A stretch of DNA of 64,000 bases from Acidobacteriota bacterium (GCA_009835985.1 VXWI01000036.1:81311-145310), one strand, 5' to 3'; positions 47,327-57,582 are shown, counted from the stretch's first letter. Notes: generated by a model from the letters alone, not told the origin. Numbers and translations are program-made.

Positions 47327-49536
47327 CCGGTCGAGCCCGGTCCCGGCGCCGGGAAGCGGGGCGGCGACGCATCCTGACGGCGCTCTTCCTGGCGTCCGCG
47401 GCGGGATTGGCGTTCTCCGGGAATCGGGATTTCTGGCGCTTCGAGACCTCGGGAGATTTCCTCGCCGGGGAGAGCGACGGCGTGAGCATCGGTCCGGAGG
47501 GCCAGGTCCGGCTGGCCCCGGCCCTCAGGGGCCTGCACGAGTCCGAACAGCCCTTCATCTGGTCGGTGGCTCCCGATGGTTCCGGGGGAGTCATCGCCGG
47601 CGGGGGAGCCCAGGGGACGCTGATCCGGATCCGGCAGGGCGCCTCCGAGGTGCTGGCCGACACCGGAGAAGTCGGAATCCACGCCGTGGCGGTCGGCGGC
47701 GACGGCGCCGTCTATTTCGCGACCGCGCCGGGAGGGAGCGTGCAGCGCATCCTGCCCGGTGGGGAGCGCGGGGTCCTCCACCAGCCGGAGGCCCGCTACA
47801 TCTGGGCGATCGTCCCTGAACCGGGGGGCAGCCTGCTGGTGGCCACCGGAATGCCCGGCTCCGTGATCCGCGTGCAACCTTCGGGAAGCGCGGAGACCAT
47901 CTTCGCCACCAGCGAGGAAAACGTGACGGCGCTCCATCGCGCGCCCGACGGAACGATCTACCTCGGAACGGAACCTTCCGGCATCGTCTTCCGGATCGAC
48001 AGCGAGTCGGGGTCGATGGCGCTCTATGACAGTCCCCTCGCGGAGATCCGCGCCCTGGCGCTGAACGCTGCGGGTGAGGTCTTCGCCGCGGCGGTCGCCG
48101 CGTCCCCGCGCGGCGCGGCGGCGGGCGCCGCGGCGGTCCCGGCGGCGCCCGAGACCCCTACGGGGAGTGCGGGAGTGGTGGCCACGACGTCCTTCCGGGT
48201 GCTCGCGGCTGCAGGTCCGGCGCCGGGACCGGGCGCAACGCCGGCCAACGGGCTCATGGGCGCGCTCTACCGCATCGCGCCGAGCGGGGCGGCCCAGACG
48301 ATCTGGGAGTCAAACCGCGACCGGCCGCTGTCCCTCGCGATGCTCCGCGACGAGCGTCTCCTCCTAGGCACCGGCGACCGCGGGCGGGTGTACCGCCTCA
48401 CCCGCGAAGGCGAGGTCACGCTTCTGTCCCGCGTGGATTCGGAACAGGTCACCGCGGCGGTCTCGGAGGGCGGCGTCACCCTGCTCGGCGCCTCGAATCC
48501 GGGGAGGGTGCTCGAACTCTCCGCTTCCCCGCGGACCGAGGGCGCGTATCGCTCGCGTGTCCTGGACGCCGGCGGCGCGGCAAGTTTCGGGCGCATCTCC
48601 TGGGAGATGCGGACGCCTCCCGGTTCCGCGGTGAGCATCGACACGCGAACCGGGAACTCGGCGGAACCGGACGACACCTGGAGCAACTGGGTGTCCGCGG
48701 CGGCGGATGCCACCATCGCGAGTCCTGCCGCGCGCTTTCTGCAGTGGCGGGCAACCCTGCGTTCGGACGGCAGTTCCTCTCCGGAGCTGGCGTCGCTCGA
48801 AGCGGCGTATCTCCCCGTGAACCTCGCTCCCCGCGTGACCGGGATCACCCTCCACCCTCCCGGGCTCGCCTTCGAGGAATTGCTGAACACCTCAGCGCCC
48901 CGCCTTCAGGGGATGGATCGCCGGCCGGAGGTGACCGACGCCGCCCGCCGGGGGCAGCCGGGTTCCACGCTCCCCGCGGGGAGCGGGCGCCAGCTCTATC
49001 TCCACGGGGTCCGCACCGCCACCTTCCGGGCGGACGATCCCAATGGCGACCGGCTTCGCTACCGAGTTTCGGTGCGCCGCCAGGGCGACGTGCCCTGGCA
49101 ACCCCTGCGGTCCGGACTGTCGGAGACCATCGTCGCCTGGGACACTTCCACGATGCCCGACGGCCGCTACGAACTCCGGGTCGAGGCCGAGGACTCTCCC
49201 GACAATCCCCCCGGCGAGACGCTCGCCGGAAGCCGGACCAGCCGGCCCTTCACGGTGGACAACACGCCGCCGGTGATCTCGGATCTCACGGTTACGGCGG
49301 ACGGCGGCATCCGCTTCCGCGCGAGCGACGCCGGGAGCCCGATCCGGCGTGCCTCCGTCTCCGTGGACGGCGGCCCCTCGCGCGTGGTCCGGCCCGTGGA
49401 CGGGATCGCCGACTCTCCGAGCGAGGAGTACGACGCGCGCCTCGACGGTTTCCCCTCGGGAGCCGGATCCGTCGTGGTGAAGGTGGAGGACGACATGGGG
49501 AACGCGGGTGCGGCGGAGGCCCGGGTCGGGAGTTAG
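47323..49536 (+). CDS. Exported beta-propeller protein with C-terminal Ig/FN3-like region
   Basis: Repeated YIWAI/VYFAT/IYLGT blades, TRTGNS.EPDDTWS.W, WDT..PDGRY. GTGA overlap with the S55 gene. Confidence 0.85.
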   Translation: MTGRARSRRREAGRRRILTALFLASAAGLAFSGNRDFWRFETSGDFLAGESDGVSIGPEGQVRLAPALRGLHESEQPFIWSVAPDGSGGVIAGGGAQGTLIRIRQGASEVLADTGEVGIHAVAVGGDGAVYFATAPGGSVQRILPGGERGVLHQPEARYIWAIVPEPGGSLLVATGMPGSVIRVQPSGSAETIFATSEENVTALHRAPDGTIYLGTEPSGIVFRIDSESGSMALYDSPLAEIRALALNAAGEVFAAAVAASPRGAAAGAAAVPAAPETPTGSAGVVATTSFRVLAAAGPAPGPGATPANGLMGALYRIAPSGAAQTIWESNRDRPLSLAMLRDERLLLGTGDRGRVYRLTREGEVTLLSRVDSEQVTAAVSEGGVTLLGASNPGRVLELSASPRTEGAYRSRVLDAGGAASFGRISWEMRTPPGSAVSIDTRTGNSAEPDDTWSNWVSAAADATIASPAARFLQWRATLRSDGSSSPELASLEAAYLPVNLAPRVTGITLHPPGLAFEELLNTSAPRLQGMDRRPEVTDAARRGQPGSTLPAGSGRQLYLHGVRTATFRADDPNGDRLRYRVSVRRQGDVPWQPLRSGLSETIVAWDTSTMPDGRYELRVEAEDSPDNPPGETLAGSRTSRPFTVDNTPPVISDLTVTADGGIRFRASDAGSPIRRASVSVDGGPSRVVRPVDGIADSPSEEYDARLDGFPSGAGSVVVKVEDDMGNAGAAEARVGS

Positions 49537-49539
49537 TTC

Positions 49540-49590
49540 GGAGCGCCGGCCTCCGGCCGGCATCGACCGCCGAGAGGCGGTCGAAACCGC
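49540..49590 (+). repeat. REP-like element
   Basis: GGAGCGCCGGCCTCCGGCCGGCAT followed by a tcgaccgcc-gaga-ggcggtcga hairpin, 4 nt after a stop codon. Confidence 0.75.
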
Positions 49591-49655
49591 ACCGCTCACC
49601 CATCCTCACCAGGCACAGGACATGATCCGGACCGGCTGAGGCAGGGACTCATCCG

Positions 49656-50372
49656 TTGACCTGCACGGCTCCGTCCCGCCGCCTCTCGGTGTTCACCCGG
49701 GTACCCGAGCCCGGCAGGGCCAAGACCCGCCTCGTCCCCCCGCTCACCGCGGACCAGGCGGCCGCACTGCAGCGCGCCATGACGGAGGACCTGCTGGAGC
49801 GGCTGGATCGCACCTTCGGCGCCGCAGCCGCGGAAGCCCCGCCGCTCTCACTGGAAGTCCGATGCGACGGGCGGTTCTCGCCCGGAGCCCTGGAGGTCCC
49901 GAAGAGCTGGGCTACCACCAGCCAGGGCTCCGGGGACCTGGGCGAGCGGCTCGCGCGGGCCACCCGGGGGGCGCGGCGGGACGGAATCGGACGCCTCGTC
50001 ATCATCGGCTCCGACGCTCCCCTGCTCCCGCTACCGCTGGTAGGGGCAGCGTTTTCCGGCCTGGCAGACCGGGACGCGCTCGTCGCCCCCGCGGAGGACG
50101 GCGGCTACGTCCTGATCGGCCTCGCCCTCGAGCGGGTGCCGCCGGCGGCGGTCGACTCCCTGTTCGCTGGCATTCCGTGGGGCACCGGTGCCGTCCGGGA
50201 GGCCACCGCCGAAGCTGCCCGGCGCGCCGGCCTCGGGTTCGGCGAACTGGCAGGCCATTGGGACGTGGATCGGCCCGAAGATCTACCCCGCCTCGCGGCC
50301 TCCATCCGCGCCCTGGACGCGGCAGCACGCCCCCGCCGCACGGGAGGAGTCCTCACCGCACTGGGATTCTGA
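49656..50372 (+). CDS. TIGR04282/DUF2064-family GT-A fold transferase
   Basis: PEPGRAKTRL, QGSGDLGERL, IIGSDAP, PAEDGGYVLIG, IPWGT, DVDRPEDL. Confidence 0.88.
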   Translation: MTCTAPSRRLSVFTRVPEPGRAKTRLVPPLTADQAAALQRAMTEDLLERLDRTFGAAAAEAPPLSLEVRCDGRFSPGALEVPKSWATTSQGSGDLGERLARATRGARRDGIGRLVIIGSDAPLLPLPLVGAAFSGLADRDALVAPAEDGGYVLIGLALERVPPAAVDSLFAGIPWGTGAVREATAEAARRAGLGFGELAGHWDVDRPEDLPRLAASIRALDAAARPRRTGGVLTALGF

Positions 50373-51588
50373 GCGCCCGTCGAGCCTCCTCGTTCTCGAA
50401 CGCGGGTTCATAGGACCGGATCTCCTCCTCGCTGAGGCCGGCGGCGGCGAGGCTCCCGCGCCATTCGCGCCGAATCGTGGCGGCCATGCCGGCCGCTGTT
50501 GCCGCCGCCTGGTCGAGCCGCACTTCGAAGAAAGGCGCGGCTTCGAGCGCCGCCTCAAGCGAAGCCTCGTTGCCGCTGAGTTCGCTGATCCCGGTTTCGA
50601 GGTGGCGATGACGGTGGGGTTCGGGGTTCACGTCGAACGCCGGCGCGAGAACGAAACGGCCAGCTCCAGCATGCAGCAGGCCGTGGTTCTTCAGGTGATC
50701 GTCGCCATTCGCCACGAGAATGGTGAACAGAATGCGGCGATAGAGCTCGGTGAGCTGCTGGAGCGGTTCGGCGGCGTGGACGCGAAGGGCATCGGCAATG
50801 TCCGTGTAGAAGGCGACGGCCCCGGGCTCGAGGTCGAGGAAGGACAGTGCCGACAGGTAGTGGACCCGGTCCGCGCTTGTGCGATCGAATCGCCGGATCA
50901 GGGCAACTGGAAGTTCGGATTCCGGAAGGGCGATCCGTGCGCTCGCCGCATCGATGCCGACGCTCCGGGCAAGCTCGAGCGTCGCAACCTCGACTCGCTC
51001 GATCGGCCGGGTGTCCTGCCGGGCGGTGAACTTCGCGACGAGGAGCCAGTCGTCGTCATCCCGCAGGCTGGCCTTGGGACGCGCACCGCCGAGGGAACCG
51101 GCGCTCCGCACCAGCGCGCGTCGATCAGGGCCGCTCAACTCGTGAGCGTCAGCCAACCGCCGCAGCTCCGAAAGAGCTTTCAGGGGAAACGTTGCTTCGG
51201 GAGGAGCGAGTGGAGAGCCTTCTTCGTCGAGGTAGCGAAGGGAACCCTGCCGGGTCTCATCGTTCACGGCGAGGAGGTAGTCGAACTCGGAAAGTGCCCC
51301 GGCGAACACCCGCCGGATGAGCCCTCGTCCCCAGGCATCGGGGGCGCCGTCCCTGAAGACTCCCGAAAGCGCCGACCGGCGATCGGTCCCCGACCCGGAT
51401 GCGAAGAACCGTCCTTCGGAAAGTGGGAGTCCCGGCGCGATGGCGAAGCCCGCCGGATCCGTCAGCCATCCCGGCGAGTAGCGGAACATGCTCGTTTCCC
51501 GACGGCCGTCCGACTCGAACGTGAGCTCGCCGACGTCACGGAGCGCCGCGCCGAGCGCTACCCGGACGGTACGCGTGGTCTTGGGCAT
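50353..51588 (-). CDS. hipA: HipA-family Ser/Thr kinase toxin
   Basis: DGAPDAWGR, GSLGGARPKA, IRRFDR, NGDDHLKNH, LAPAFDVNP. Confidence 0.92.
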   Translation of the reverse strand: MPKTTRTVRVALGAALRDVGELTFESDGRRETSMFRYSPGWLTDPAGFAIAPGLPLSEGRFFASGSGTDRRSALSGVFRDGAPDAWGRGLIRRVFAGALSEFDYLLAVNDETRQGSLRYLDEEGSPLAPPEATFPLKALSELRRLADAHELSGPDRRALVRSAGSLGGARPKASLRDDDDWLLVAKFTARQDTRPIERVEVATLELARSVGIDAASARIALPESELPVALIRRFDRTSADRVHYLSALSFLDLEPGAVAFYTDIADALRVHAAEPLQQLTELYRRILFTILVANGDDHLKNHGLLHAGAGRFVLAPAFDVNPEPHRHRHLETGISELSGNEASLEAALEAAPFFEVRLDQAAATAAGMAATIRREWRGSLAAAGLSEEEIRSYEPAFENEEARRALRIPVR

Positions 51589-51600
51589 CGGCGCCTCCTA

Positions 51601-51781
51601 GCAGCCTGTGGTGGAACTGGCGTGAGCACCGAGAACGGCGAGGCGCCCGGCTGACGAGGCGCGTGAGGGAGGAATACCGGGTGTATTCCGACCGAAACGC
51701 AACGATGAGGGCCGCCTAGCGGCCCGGTTCAGCCGGGATGCATCGCCGTTCGAATGCCGCGAGAGTTTCACCACAGGCTGC
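51601..51781 (-). mobile_element. 181-bp MITE inserted between antitoxin and hipA
   Basis: CTA-GCAGCCTGTGGTGGAACT...AGTTTCACCACAGGCTGC-TAG; TA duplicated at the antitoxin stop codon. Confidence 0.88.
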
Positions 51782-52098
51782 TAGCCCCCGAGCGGTCCCG
51801 GGCGGCGGATGCGCTGCGGGAGGGCTGATATGTCGAGCAGGAGCCCGGTGTCGTCCCGGGAGACGTCAAGCAGCTCGTCGAGACGACGCAGCTCCCCGAG
51901 CACCAGCAGCGCCATGGCGAATGCCCCCAGCGAAACGCCTGGCTCGCCCCTCTCCAGCCGGCCGAGGGTGCCGAGTGAAACACCCATTCGCTCCGCGAAG
52001 TCCGCCATGGGCATCCGGCGTTTCTTGCGCGCGATCCGCAGATCCCGACCCAGAGAGCGCAGCGCGCGCGTCGCCGAAGGTGTCAGTGGTTTGGACAT
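51781..52098 (-). CDS. XRE-family HTH antitoxin (HipB-like)
   Basis: LGRDLRIARKKR..MADFAERMGVS..TL.RLERGEPGVSLG; upstream of hipA behind an AT-rich promoter region. Confidence 0.9.
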   Translation of the reverse strand: MSKPLTPSATRALRSLGRDLRIARKKRRMPMADFAERMGVSLGTLGRLERGEPGVSLGAFAMALLVLGELRRLDELLDVSRDDTGLLLDISALPQRIRRPGPLGG

Positions 52099-52201
52099 AA
52101 CAACTCATATACTAGTCGTTATCGATATTAGCAATCTGTTTGAAGGCATGAAAGAAGCATGCCTCCAGAGTGCAGATCTCGGCCGGGGTCGGATCGTCCC
52201 G

Positions 52202-55156
52202 CTAGTTTGGGCTCGCGGAACTGCTCAGCGTCGCCCTCGCCTCGTTCAGCCGGGTGCGCAGAGCCTCGAACCGGCGACGGTGGACGATCGTGGGGGCGTC
52301 CAGCGTCCCTTGCCGGACGTCGTCGCCGGTGAACTCGCCGTACAGGCGGCCGAGACGGGCCAACGTGGAGGGATTCCGGAAGCCGCCGCCGGGCCGGAGC
52401 TGCCGGAGGGCGTCACGGGCGGCTTCGGAGAGGCTCTCCGGATCTCCGGCGGCCGCGGCCGCCCGGCACGATTCGCGAATCACGCCATGAATCTCCGCCA
52501 GGAAGGCCGCGCGCTGGTCATACGCGGCCTCGCTCACCGTGACCGAAGGGTCGAGCCGGACTTCGAGCGGAACCGGCGGGGTTTCTCCGGCGCCGGTCAG
52601 GCGGACCTCGTAGGTTCCGGTGGGAACCCGGGGAGGAGGTGAGGCGCACGCGCCCCGTGCCTGCTCCGGCACGGCGCCTGCCCGGAGGTCCCAGACGATG
52701 CGCTGGAATCCGGACCGCGCCTCGACTGCGGGGCTCGCGACCACCTCGCCCGAGGCGTCCCGGATCTCGAGCGCCCGCTCCGCCGGCCCGCCGTCACCGG
52801 GGAGGAACACGGTCAGCAATGCGCCGGCCGGGGGGTTCTCCCCCGCGTAGCGCGCCTGCCCTTCGTAGCTTTCGTGCTTCCAGGGCAGGAAGACCGACGC
52901 CGACCCGGGTTCGAAGAGTTCGGCCGTCGCGGTCTCCGGGTCGTGCCAGGCGAGGGGGGCGCTGTCGTCCAGGATGTAGATGGAGCGCCCGTGGGTGCCG
53001 AACACGAGGTCCCGCTCGCGCGGATGGATCTCGATATCGTCCACGGGGACGTGGGGGAGTCCTCCGCCCACCCGCACCCAGGAACCGCCCCGGTCGAAGG
53101 AAAGGAACGCGCCGACCTCGGTGCCGGCCACCAGCAGGTTCTCGCCCCCGGGGTGCTCGACGACGTCGTTGACCCATCCCCGCGGCAGCCCCGCACCGAT
53201 CGGGGCGAAACTGGCGCCCCGGTCCTCGGACACGAAGACGTAAGGGGCGAAGTCGCCGAGATGATGACGGTCCACCGCCACGAAGAGGCGGTCTTCCCGG
53301 TGGGCCGACGGGGTGACGCGGCTGATCGTGGCCCGGAGCGCTTCGAGCGGCAGGTTGGCTTCCAGGAACTCCCAGGTTTGGCCGTCGTCGTCGGAGCGGG
53401 CCACCCGCCCGTCGTCGGAGCCGACGTAGATCAGGCCGGGAACCAGCGGTGACTCCGCGAGCGTGGTGAGGGTTCCCCAGTGGCTCACCCCGTCGTGCAT
53501 GGAGAGCATCCCTTCGGCCGGGAGCACCCCCAGGATGGGGAGCTCGCTCCGGTCCTCGCGCAGCGTCAGGTCCTCGGTGGCGCGCCAGTCGCTGCCGAGA
53601 TCGTCGGACAGGAAAAGCCGGTTGCCGCCGAAATAGAGGCGCCCCGGGGTGTGGGGGGAAGAGGCCATCGGCGAGAGCCAGTGGAAGCGGTAGCGGTCCT
53701 CGTCCTCGTCGGGGAAGGGCCGGACCGTGGTCCGGTTCCCCGCGGCGGTGTCGATCCGCACGGGATTGCCGTTCTGGGAAGCGGCCAGGGCGATCCCGGG
53801 CTCCCGGGGTATCGCTTCCTGATCCATTCCGTCGCCGAAGTTGGTCTGCCTCCAGTCGCTGTTCAGGATGCCCGCCTGATTGCGGGTGGCGGAGGGGCCC
53901 ACCCACGAATGGGTGTCCTGCGCGCCGCCGTAGATGTTGTACGGCGTCTCCATGTCCAGCGAGATCGCGTAGAACTGGGTGAGCGGAATGTTGTTGATCT
54001 TCCTCCAGGTCACGGCCCGGTCCCACGACTCGTAGATCCCGCCGTCGTTGCCGAGGAGCAGGTGTTCGGGAGCCTCCGGGTCGATCCAGAGCGCGTGGTG
54101 GTCGCCGTGGACCCCGATGTCGTAGGTCGGGGTCATGTCCCGATTGGTCGAGAAGGTGCGCCCCCCGTCTTCCGAGATGTGAAACTGCGATCCGAGCACG
54201 TAGACCCGGCGAATGTCCGTCGGGTCCACCTCGACGTGCGAGTAGTACATGGGACGCGGGTTCAGGTCCGAAATCCGCTCCCAGGACGCGCCGCGGTCGC
54301 CGGACACATAAAGACCCGAGGCCGTCCGGTGTTCCACGAGCGCGAAGACGTTCAGCGGGTCGGACCCGGCGATCTCGATGCCGATTCGGCCGAGCGGACC
54401 CTCGGGAAGCCCTTCGTCGAGGCGTTCCCAGGTGTCTCCGCCGTCGGTCGTCCGGAAGATGCCGCCCTCGGGACCGCCGCCGTTGAAGCCCCACGGGGTC
54501 CGGCGGCGGGTGTAGGCGCCGGCGTAGAGGATGGCCGGGTTCCGGGGGTCCATCTCGAGGTCCACCACCCCGGTGTCAGCGGAGATGTCGAGCACGTGCT
54601 CCCAGGTCGCGCCGCCGTCCTCGGTGCGGAAGACGCCGCGCTGGCCGCCGGAACGCCAGAGCGGCCCGACCGCGGCCACGAAGGCGCGCCGCGGCCGGTC
54701 CGGATCGGCGACGATCCGCCCGATGTGCTCGGTCTCCTCGAGGCCGGCGTGGCGGAAGCTGTCCCCGCCGTCGAAGGACACGTACACCCCGTCGCCGAAG
54801 GAGGAACTCTGCCGGTTCGCCGGCTCGCCGGTGCCCACCCAGACGGTCGCCGGATCGGACGGCGAGAGCGCGATCGCGCCGATGGAGGTGGTCGTGAAGT
54901 GGTCGAAGATGGAGTCCCAGGTGGCGCCGTTGTTCCGGGTCCGGAACAGACCCCCCGACGCGGTGGCCGCGTAGAACTCCCAGGGGCGTCCGGGCACGAC
55001 TGCCAGGTCGGAGACCCTTCCGGCCATTACCGCGGGTCCGATGGAGCGGAGCGGCAGGTCGTCCATGACGGGGGTGGTTTCCCCGGCGTTTTGGGCGGTG
55101 GCCGGCGCTGTCACCGACAGCGCAAGGGCCAATACGAGAAGGACGCGGTGATTCAT
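52202..55156 (-). CDS. Exported BNR/VPS10 (sortilin-like) beta-propeller glycosyl-hydrolase-like protein
   Basis: RSIGPAVMAGRVSD, many S/TxDGGxTW BNR repeats, GNDGG, GTHGRS. ATG at 55156. Confidence 0.9.
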   Translation of the reverse strand: MNHRVLLVLALALSVTAPATAQNAGETTPVMDDLPLRSIGPAVMAGRVSDLAVVPGRPWEFYAATASGGLFRTRNNGATWDSIFDHFTTTSIGAIALSPSDPATVWVGTGEPANRQSSSFGDGVYVSFDGGDSFRHAGLEETEHIGRIVADPDRPRRAFVAAVGPLWRSGGQRGVFRTEDGGATWEHVLDISADTGVVDLEMDPRNPAILYAGAYTRRRTPWGFNGGGPEGGIFRTTDGGDTWERLDEGLPEGPLGRIGIEIAGSDPLNVFALVEHRTASGLYVSGDRGASWERISDLNPRPMYYSHVEVDPTDIRRVYVLGSQFHISEDGGRTFSTNRDMTPTYDIGVHGDHHALWIDPEAPEHLLLGNDGGIYESWDRAVTWRKINNIPLTQFYAISLDMETPYNIYGGAQDTHSWVGPSATRNQAGILNSDWRQTNFGDGMDQEAIPREPGIALAASQNGNPVRIDTAAGNRTTVRPFPDEDEDRYRFHWLSPMASSPHTPGRLYFGGNRLFLSDDLGSDWRATEDLTLREDRSELPILGVLPAEGMLSMHDGVSHWGTLTTLAESPLVPGLIYVGSDDGRVARSDDDGQTWEFLEANLPLEALRATISRVTPSAHREDRLFVAVDRHHLGDFAPYVFVSEDRGASFAPIGAGLPRGWVNDVVEHPGGENLLVAGTEVGAFLSFDRGGSWVRVGGGLPHVPVDDIEIHPRERDLVFGTHGRSIYILDDSAPLAWHDPETATAELFEPGSASVFLPWKHESYEGQARYAGENPPAGALLTVFLPGDGGPAERALEIRDASGEVVASPAVEARSGFQRIVWDLRAGAVPEQARGACASPPPRVPTGTYEVRLTGAGETPPVPLEVRLDPSVTVSEAAYDQRAAFLAEIHGVIRESCRAAAAAGDPESLSEAARDALRQLRPGGGFRNPSTLARLGRLYGEFTGDDVRQGTLDAPTIVHRRRFEALRTRLNEARATLSSSASPN

Positions 55157-55358
55157 GCGGATTCTCCGGACGGGTGGGGCCGGGTAGCGTATGGGAAGGT
55201 CCATCCGCGCTCTCCCGCCTTGGCAACATCACCACGGTGCGATGGTGCTGATGGGGCTTGGGCCGACGGGGCCGCCATCGTTCCAAGCTGAGCGGCCCCA
55301 GATCGACTGATCGGTTCACCACCCAGTGGGTGCGGCAGGAGGCGGCGCGCGTGGCGGT

Positions 55359-56156
55359 TCAGGATTGCCGTTGGGCCAAGAAGCCGCAAAGAGCCCCTGC
55401 GACGGCCACGACCAACTCGGCCTCCGTGGGATCGACAACCTGTTGTTCGCGGATGTGACGACCGCGATCGGAGGCATAGCCCCAGAGTTTGTGGACGGCT
55501 TGGTCGAGTGGTGGGGGTAGGTCGAGCAACGACACCAGCTTGCCCAAAGTGAGATTGGGTCGACCGGCGACCTCTCGAGCGGTGCCTTCGAGTGCTCCCA
55601 TGGCGTGCTGTAGGGCCCCGGTGATGTCGGGCTCCGGACGACGCGAGATGTCTCGAAGCGCCTCTCGCATTTCCTTCGCTGCGCGCTGGAAGCCCGAGTC
55701 TTCCAACGAGTCAGGGACTTCGTGGGTGCTCCGTGCGAAGATCTCCGAGCCCCTGCGAGAGATCTGCCCGTCGCGGAGTTCCCAGCCGATACCGGTCTCC
55801 AGGAGGAAGTCGTTCAGGCGTCGTTCGAACTCCTGGGCAGGCCGGGAGTCCCACGGCTGCATGGCGGCGATTTCGGCGTGCAGCGCCTCGATGATGTCGT
55901 AGACCTTGTGCCAGCGAGCCCCATCGATCAGCCAGGCGACCTCCTCCGAGATGTTCGGATACTCGGACCAGTTGGCGGGATCGGGCCTTACCAACAGGAC
56001 TCTGCAGATCACGCGGCGCATGGCGGACGGCTTCAGTCCCGCCTCCTCCGCAATCAAAGGAACAGCGGCGCGCAGTCGGGATGGGGCGTCCTCACGGACG
56101 AGGATCTCCGCAGCGGGCGCGCGGTAGCCCTGGCGGTTCGAGAATCGTTGGATCAT
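55359..56156 (-). CDS. AbiJ-like abortive-infection-type protein (AbiJ N-terminal domain plus C-terminal HEPN/Abi_C-like domain)
   Basis: FSNRQGY...W..VYDIIEAL...LN.FL...GIGWEL..GQI N-terminus; C-terminus KLWGYAS..GRH; AGGAGG RBS; lower GC than flanks. Confidence 0.65.
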   Translation of the reverse strand: MIQRFSNRQGYRAPAAEILVREDAPSRLRAAVPLIAEEAGLKPSAMRRVICRVLLVRPDPANWSEYPNISEEVAWLIDGARWHKVYDIIEALHAEIAAMQPWDSRPAQEFERRLNDFLLETGIGWELRDGQISRRGSEIFARSTHEVPDSLEDSGFQRAAKEMREALRDISRRPEPDITGALQHAMGALEGTAREVAGRPNLTLGKLVSLLDLPPPLDQAVHKLWGYASDRGRHIREQQVVDPTEAELVVAVAGALCGFLAQRQS

Positions 56157-56194
56157 GGTAAGGGCCTCCTTGGGCAGCTCCCTGAGGGTCTCGG

Positions 56195-56282
56195 ATTATC
56201 GGCTTTGAGACTGAGAGTGTCAAGAAGCACGTCAAGACGAGACAAGATTTCCTGGACATTCATGAGCATCCTGCTTTATACT
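56195..56282. promoter_or_regulatory. Divergent sigma-70 promoters
   Basis: Minus strand: TTGACA (56218-56223)-17 nt-GATAAT (56195-56200). Plus strand: TGGACA (56253-56258)-18 nt-TATACT (56277-56282). Confidence 0.65.
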
Positions 56283-56314
56283 CTGTTCTGATCAGCCAGG
56301 AGGAGGCCCGCGAG

Positions 56315-56695
56315 ATGCACGAAACGGCAGTGGATCGGGTGCGGCGACGCCGCAAACAACTGAGCGAGGAGATTGCGAAACTGGAAGAGGAAAGGGGTCG
56401 GTTGGACGCGTTCCTGACCGTTCACGAAGAGTTCAGTCGCCCCACGATCCGGACGATCTCCGGAAGGGAAATCGACGCGCTGTGTCTGGTCGTGCTGCGG
56501 GATGTCGACAAGCCAATGACGCCCGCACAGCTTGTAGGCGAACTCAAGAAGCGCTTCGGCGCCGAAATCGAGGCGGCGAATCCCGCGAGGCTGGTGTCCA
56601 CGCGCATGTCCACGCTCGCTTCGGTCCGGAGCACGGAACATGGTTGGCGGCTAGTACTGCCCAGCATCACACCCGAATCGGAGGCGTACGAATGA
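56315..56695 (+). CDS. Small coiled-coil plus winged-HTH-like protein
   Basis: GGAGGAGG RBS; N-terminal heptads; C-terminal VLRDVDKPMTPAQLV.EL...STRMS...GWRL. Confidence 0.7.
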   Translation: MHETAVDRVRRRRKQLSEEIAKLEEERGRLDAFLTVHEEFSRPTIRTISGREIDALCLVVLRDVDKPMTPAQLVGELKKRFGAEIEAANPARLVSTRMSTLASVRSTEHGWRLVLPSITPESEAYE

Positions 56696-57582
56696 CCATG
56701 AAGACGAGTTACCGGGAACCGCTTTACATCTGGACGTGGCTCAACACGGCGCTGAAGAAGGAATGGCAGAAGTACTCGGCGACCCCTGTAACGCCGGACT
56801 TGATACCAGGACACGAGGCGGCCCAGGGGTGGGGGTACGTCGTCGCGGGGTACTCCCTGATTGAACAGGGACTCAAGGCGATTCTTCACCTGCGGGGCCA
56901 GAAAAAACCACCGAAGACGCATTCGCTTTCAGTCCTGTTTGCTGAGCTGGCAAACGAGGACCAAGACGTGCTGAGGGCTTACTACAGCGACTTCCGCCAG
57001 ACGTTTCCCGGGATGAAGTCATTTCCTCTGGCGACCCTCGAGGACTTTCTAGTGAACCTGGACGGTGGGCGGAACGATCAAGGCAAGTTCATCGGCTCGT
57101 TCGACTGGCGCTATTTCCCGACGGAAGAAGGAAGTGGTTCCCCAATGCCCCTCGTTAGCGTCAACGTCATGCATGAAGTCATGTACGGGTGCGTTCAGCT
57201 CATCCTGTCGATCGAAAGGGGAGACCGTCACGCCAGCACATCCACTTATGGCTGGCGGCTCCATCGAGAGAGATCCCGGCGCCATCGCGACTGGCTGACA
57301 GTCAGGATGAACTCGCCAGGATGGGGAGAGGAGGGCGACCGACTCGAGATCCTTGCGGGACCGGACCCCAGCGGTCGGTCCGACTACATAGTGTTTGAAG
57401 GCGGCCAGATCCGGGTCTTCTTCGCACCCCTTCCGAAAGCTGAGGCCATCGCGCTCCCGATAGTGGACAAACGGCCCGAACTGGACTCCTTTGACCCCGC
57501 CGCTGCCTTCCAGAGCATCGGTGTCACCATGGACCGAACGATGAGGGATCAGGAACCCGCGTCCCGCCACATCATGTACTAG
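56692..57582 (+). CDS. HEPN-like domain hypothetical protein (296 aa)
   Basis: ATGA coupling to the upstream gene; YSLIEQGLKAIL...KTHSLSVLFAEL...FDWRY resembles the HEPN helical pattern. Confidence 0.6.
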   Translation: MTMKTSYREPLYIWTWLNTALKKEWQKYSATPVTPDLIPGHEAAQGWGYVVAGYSLIEQGLKAILHLRGQKKPPKTHSLSVLFAELANEDQDVLRAYYSDFRQTFPGMKSFPLATLEDFLVNLDGGRNDQGKFIGSFDWRYFPTEEGSGSPMPLVSVNVMHEVMYGCVQLILSIERGDRHASTSTYGWRLHRERSRRHRDWLTVRMNSPGWGEEGDRLEILAGPDPSGRSDYIVFEGGQIRVFFAPLPKAEAIALPIVDKRPELDSFDPAAAFQSIGVTMDRTMRDQEPASRHIMY

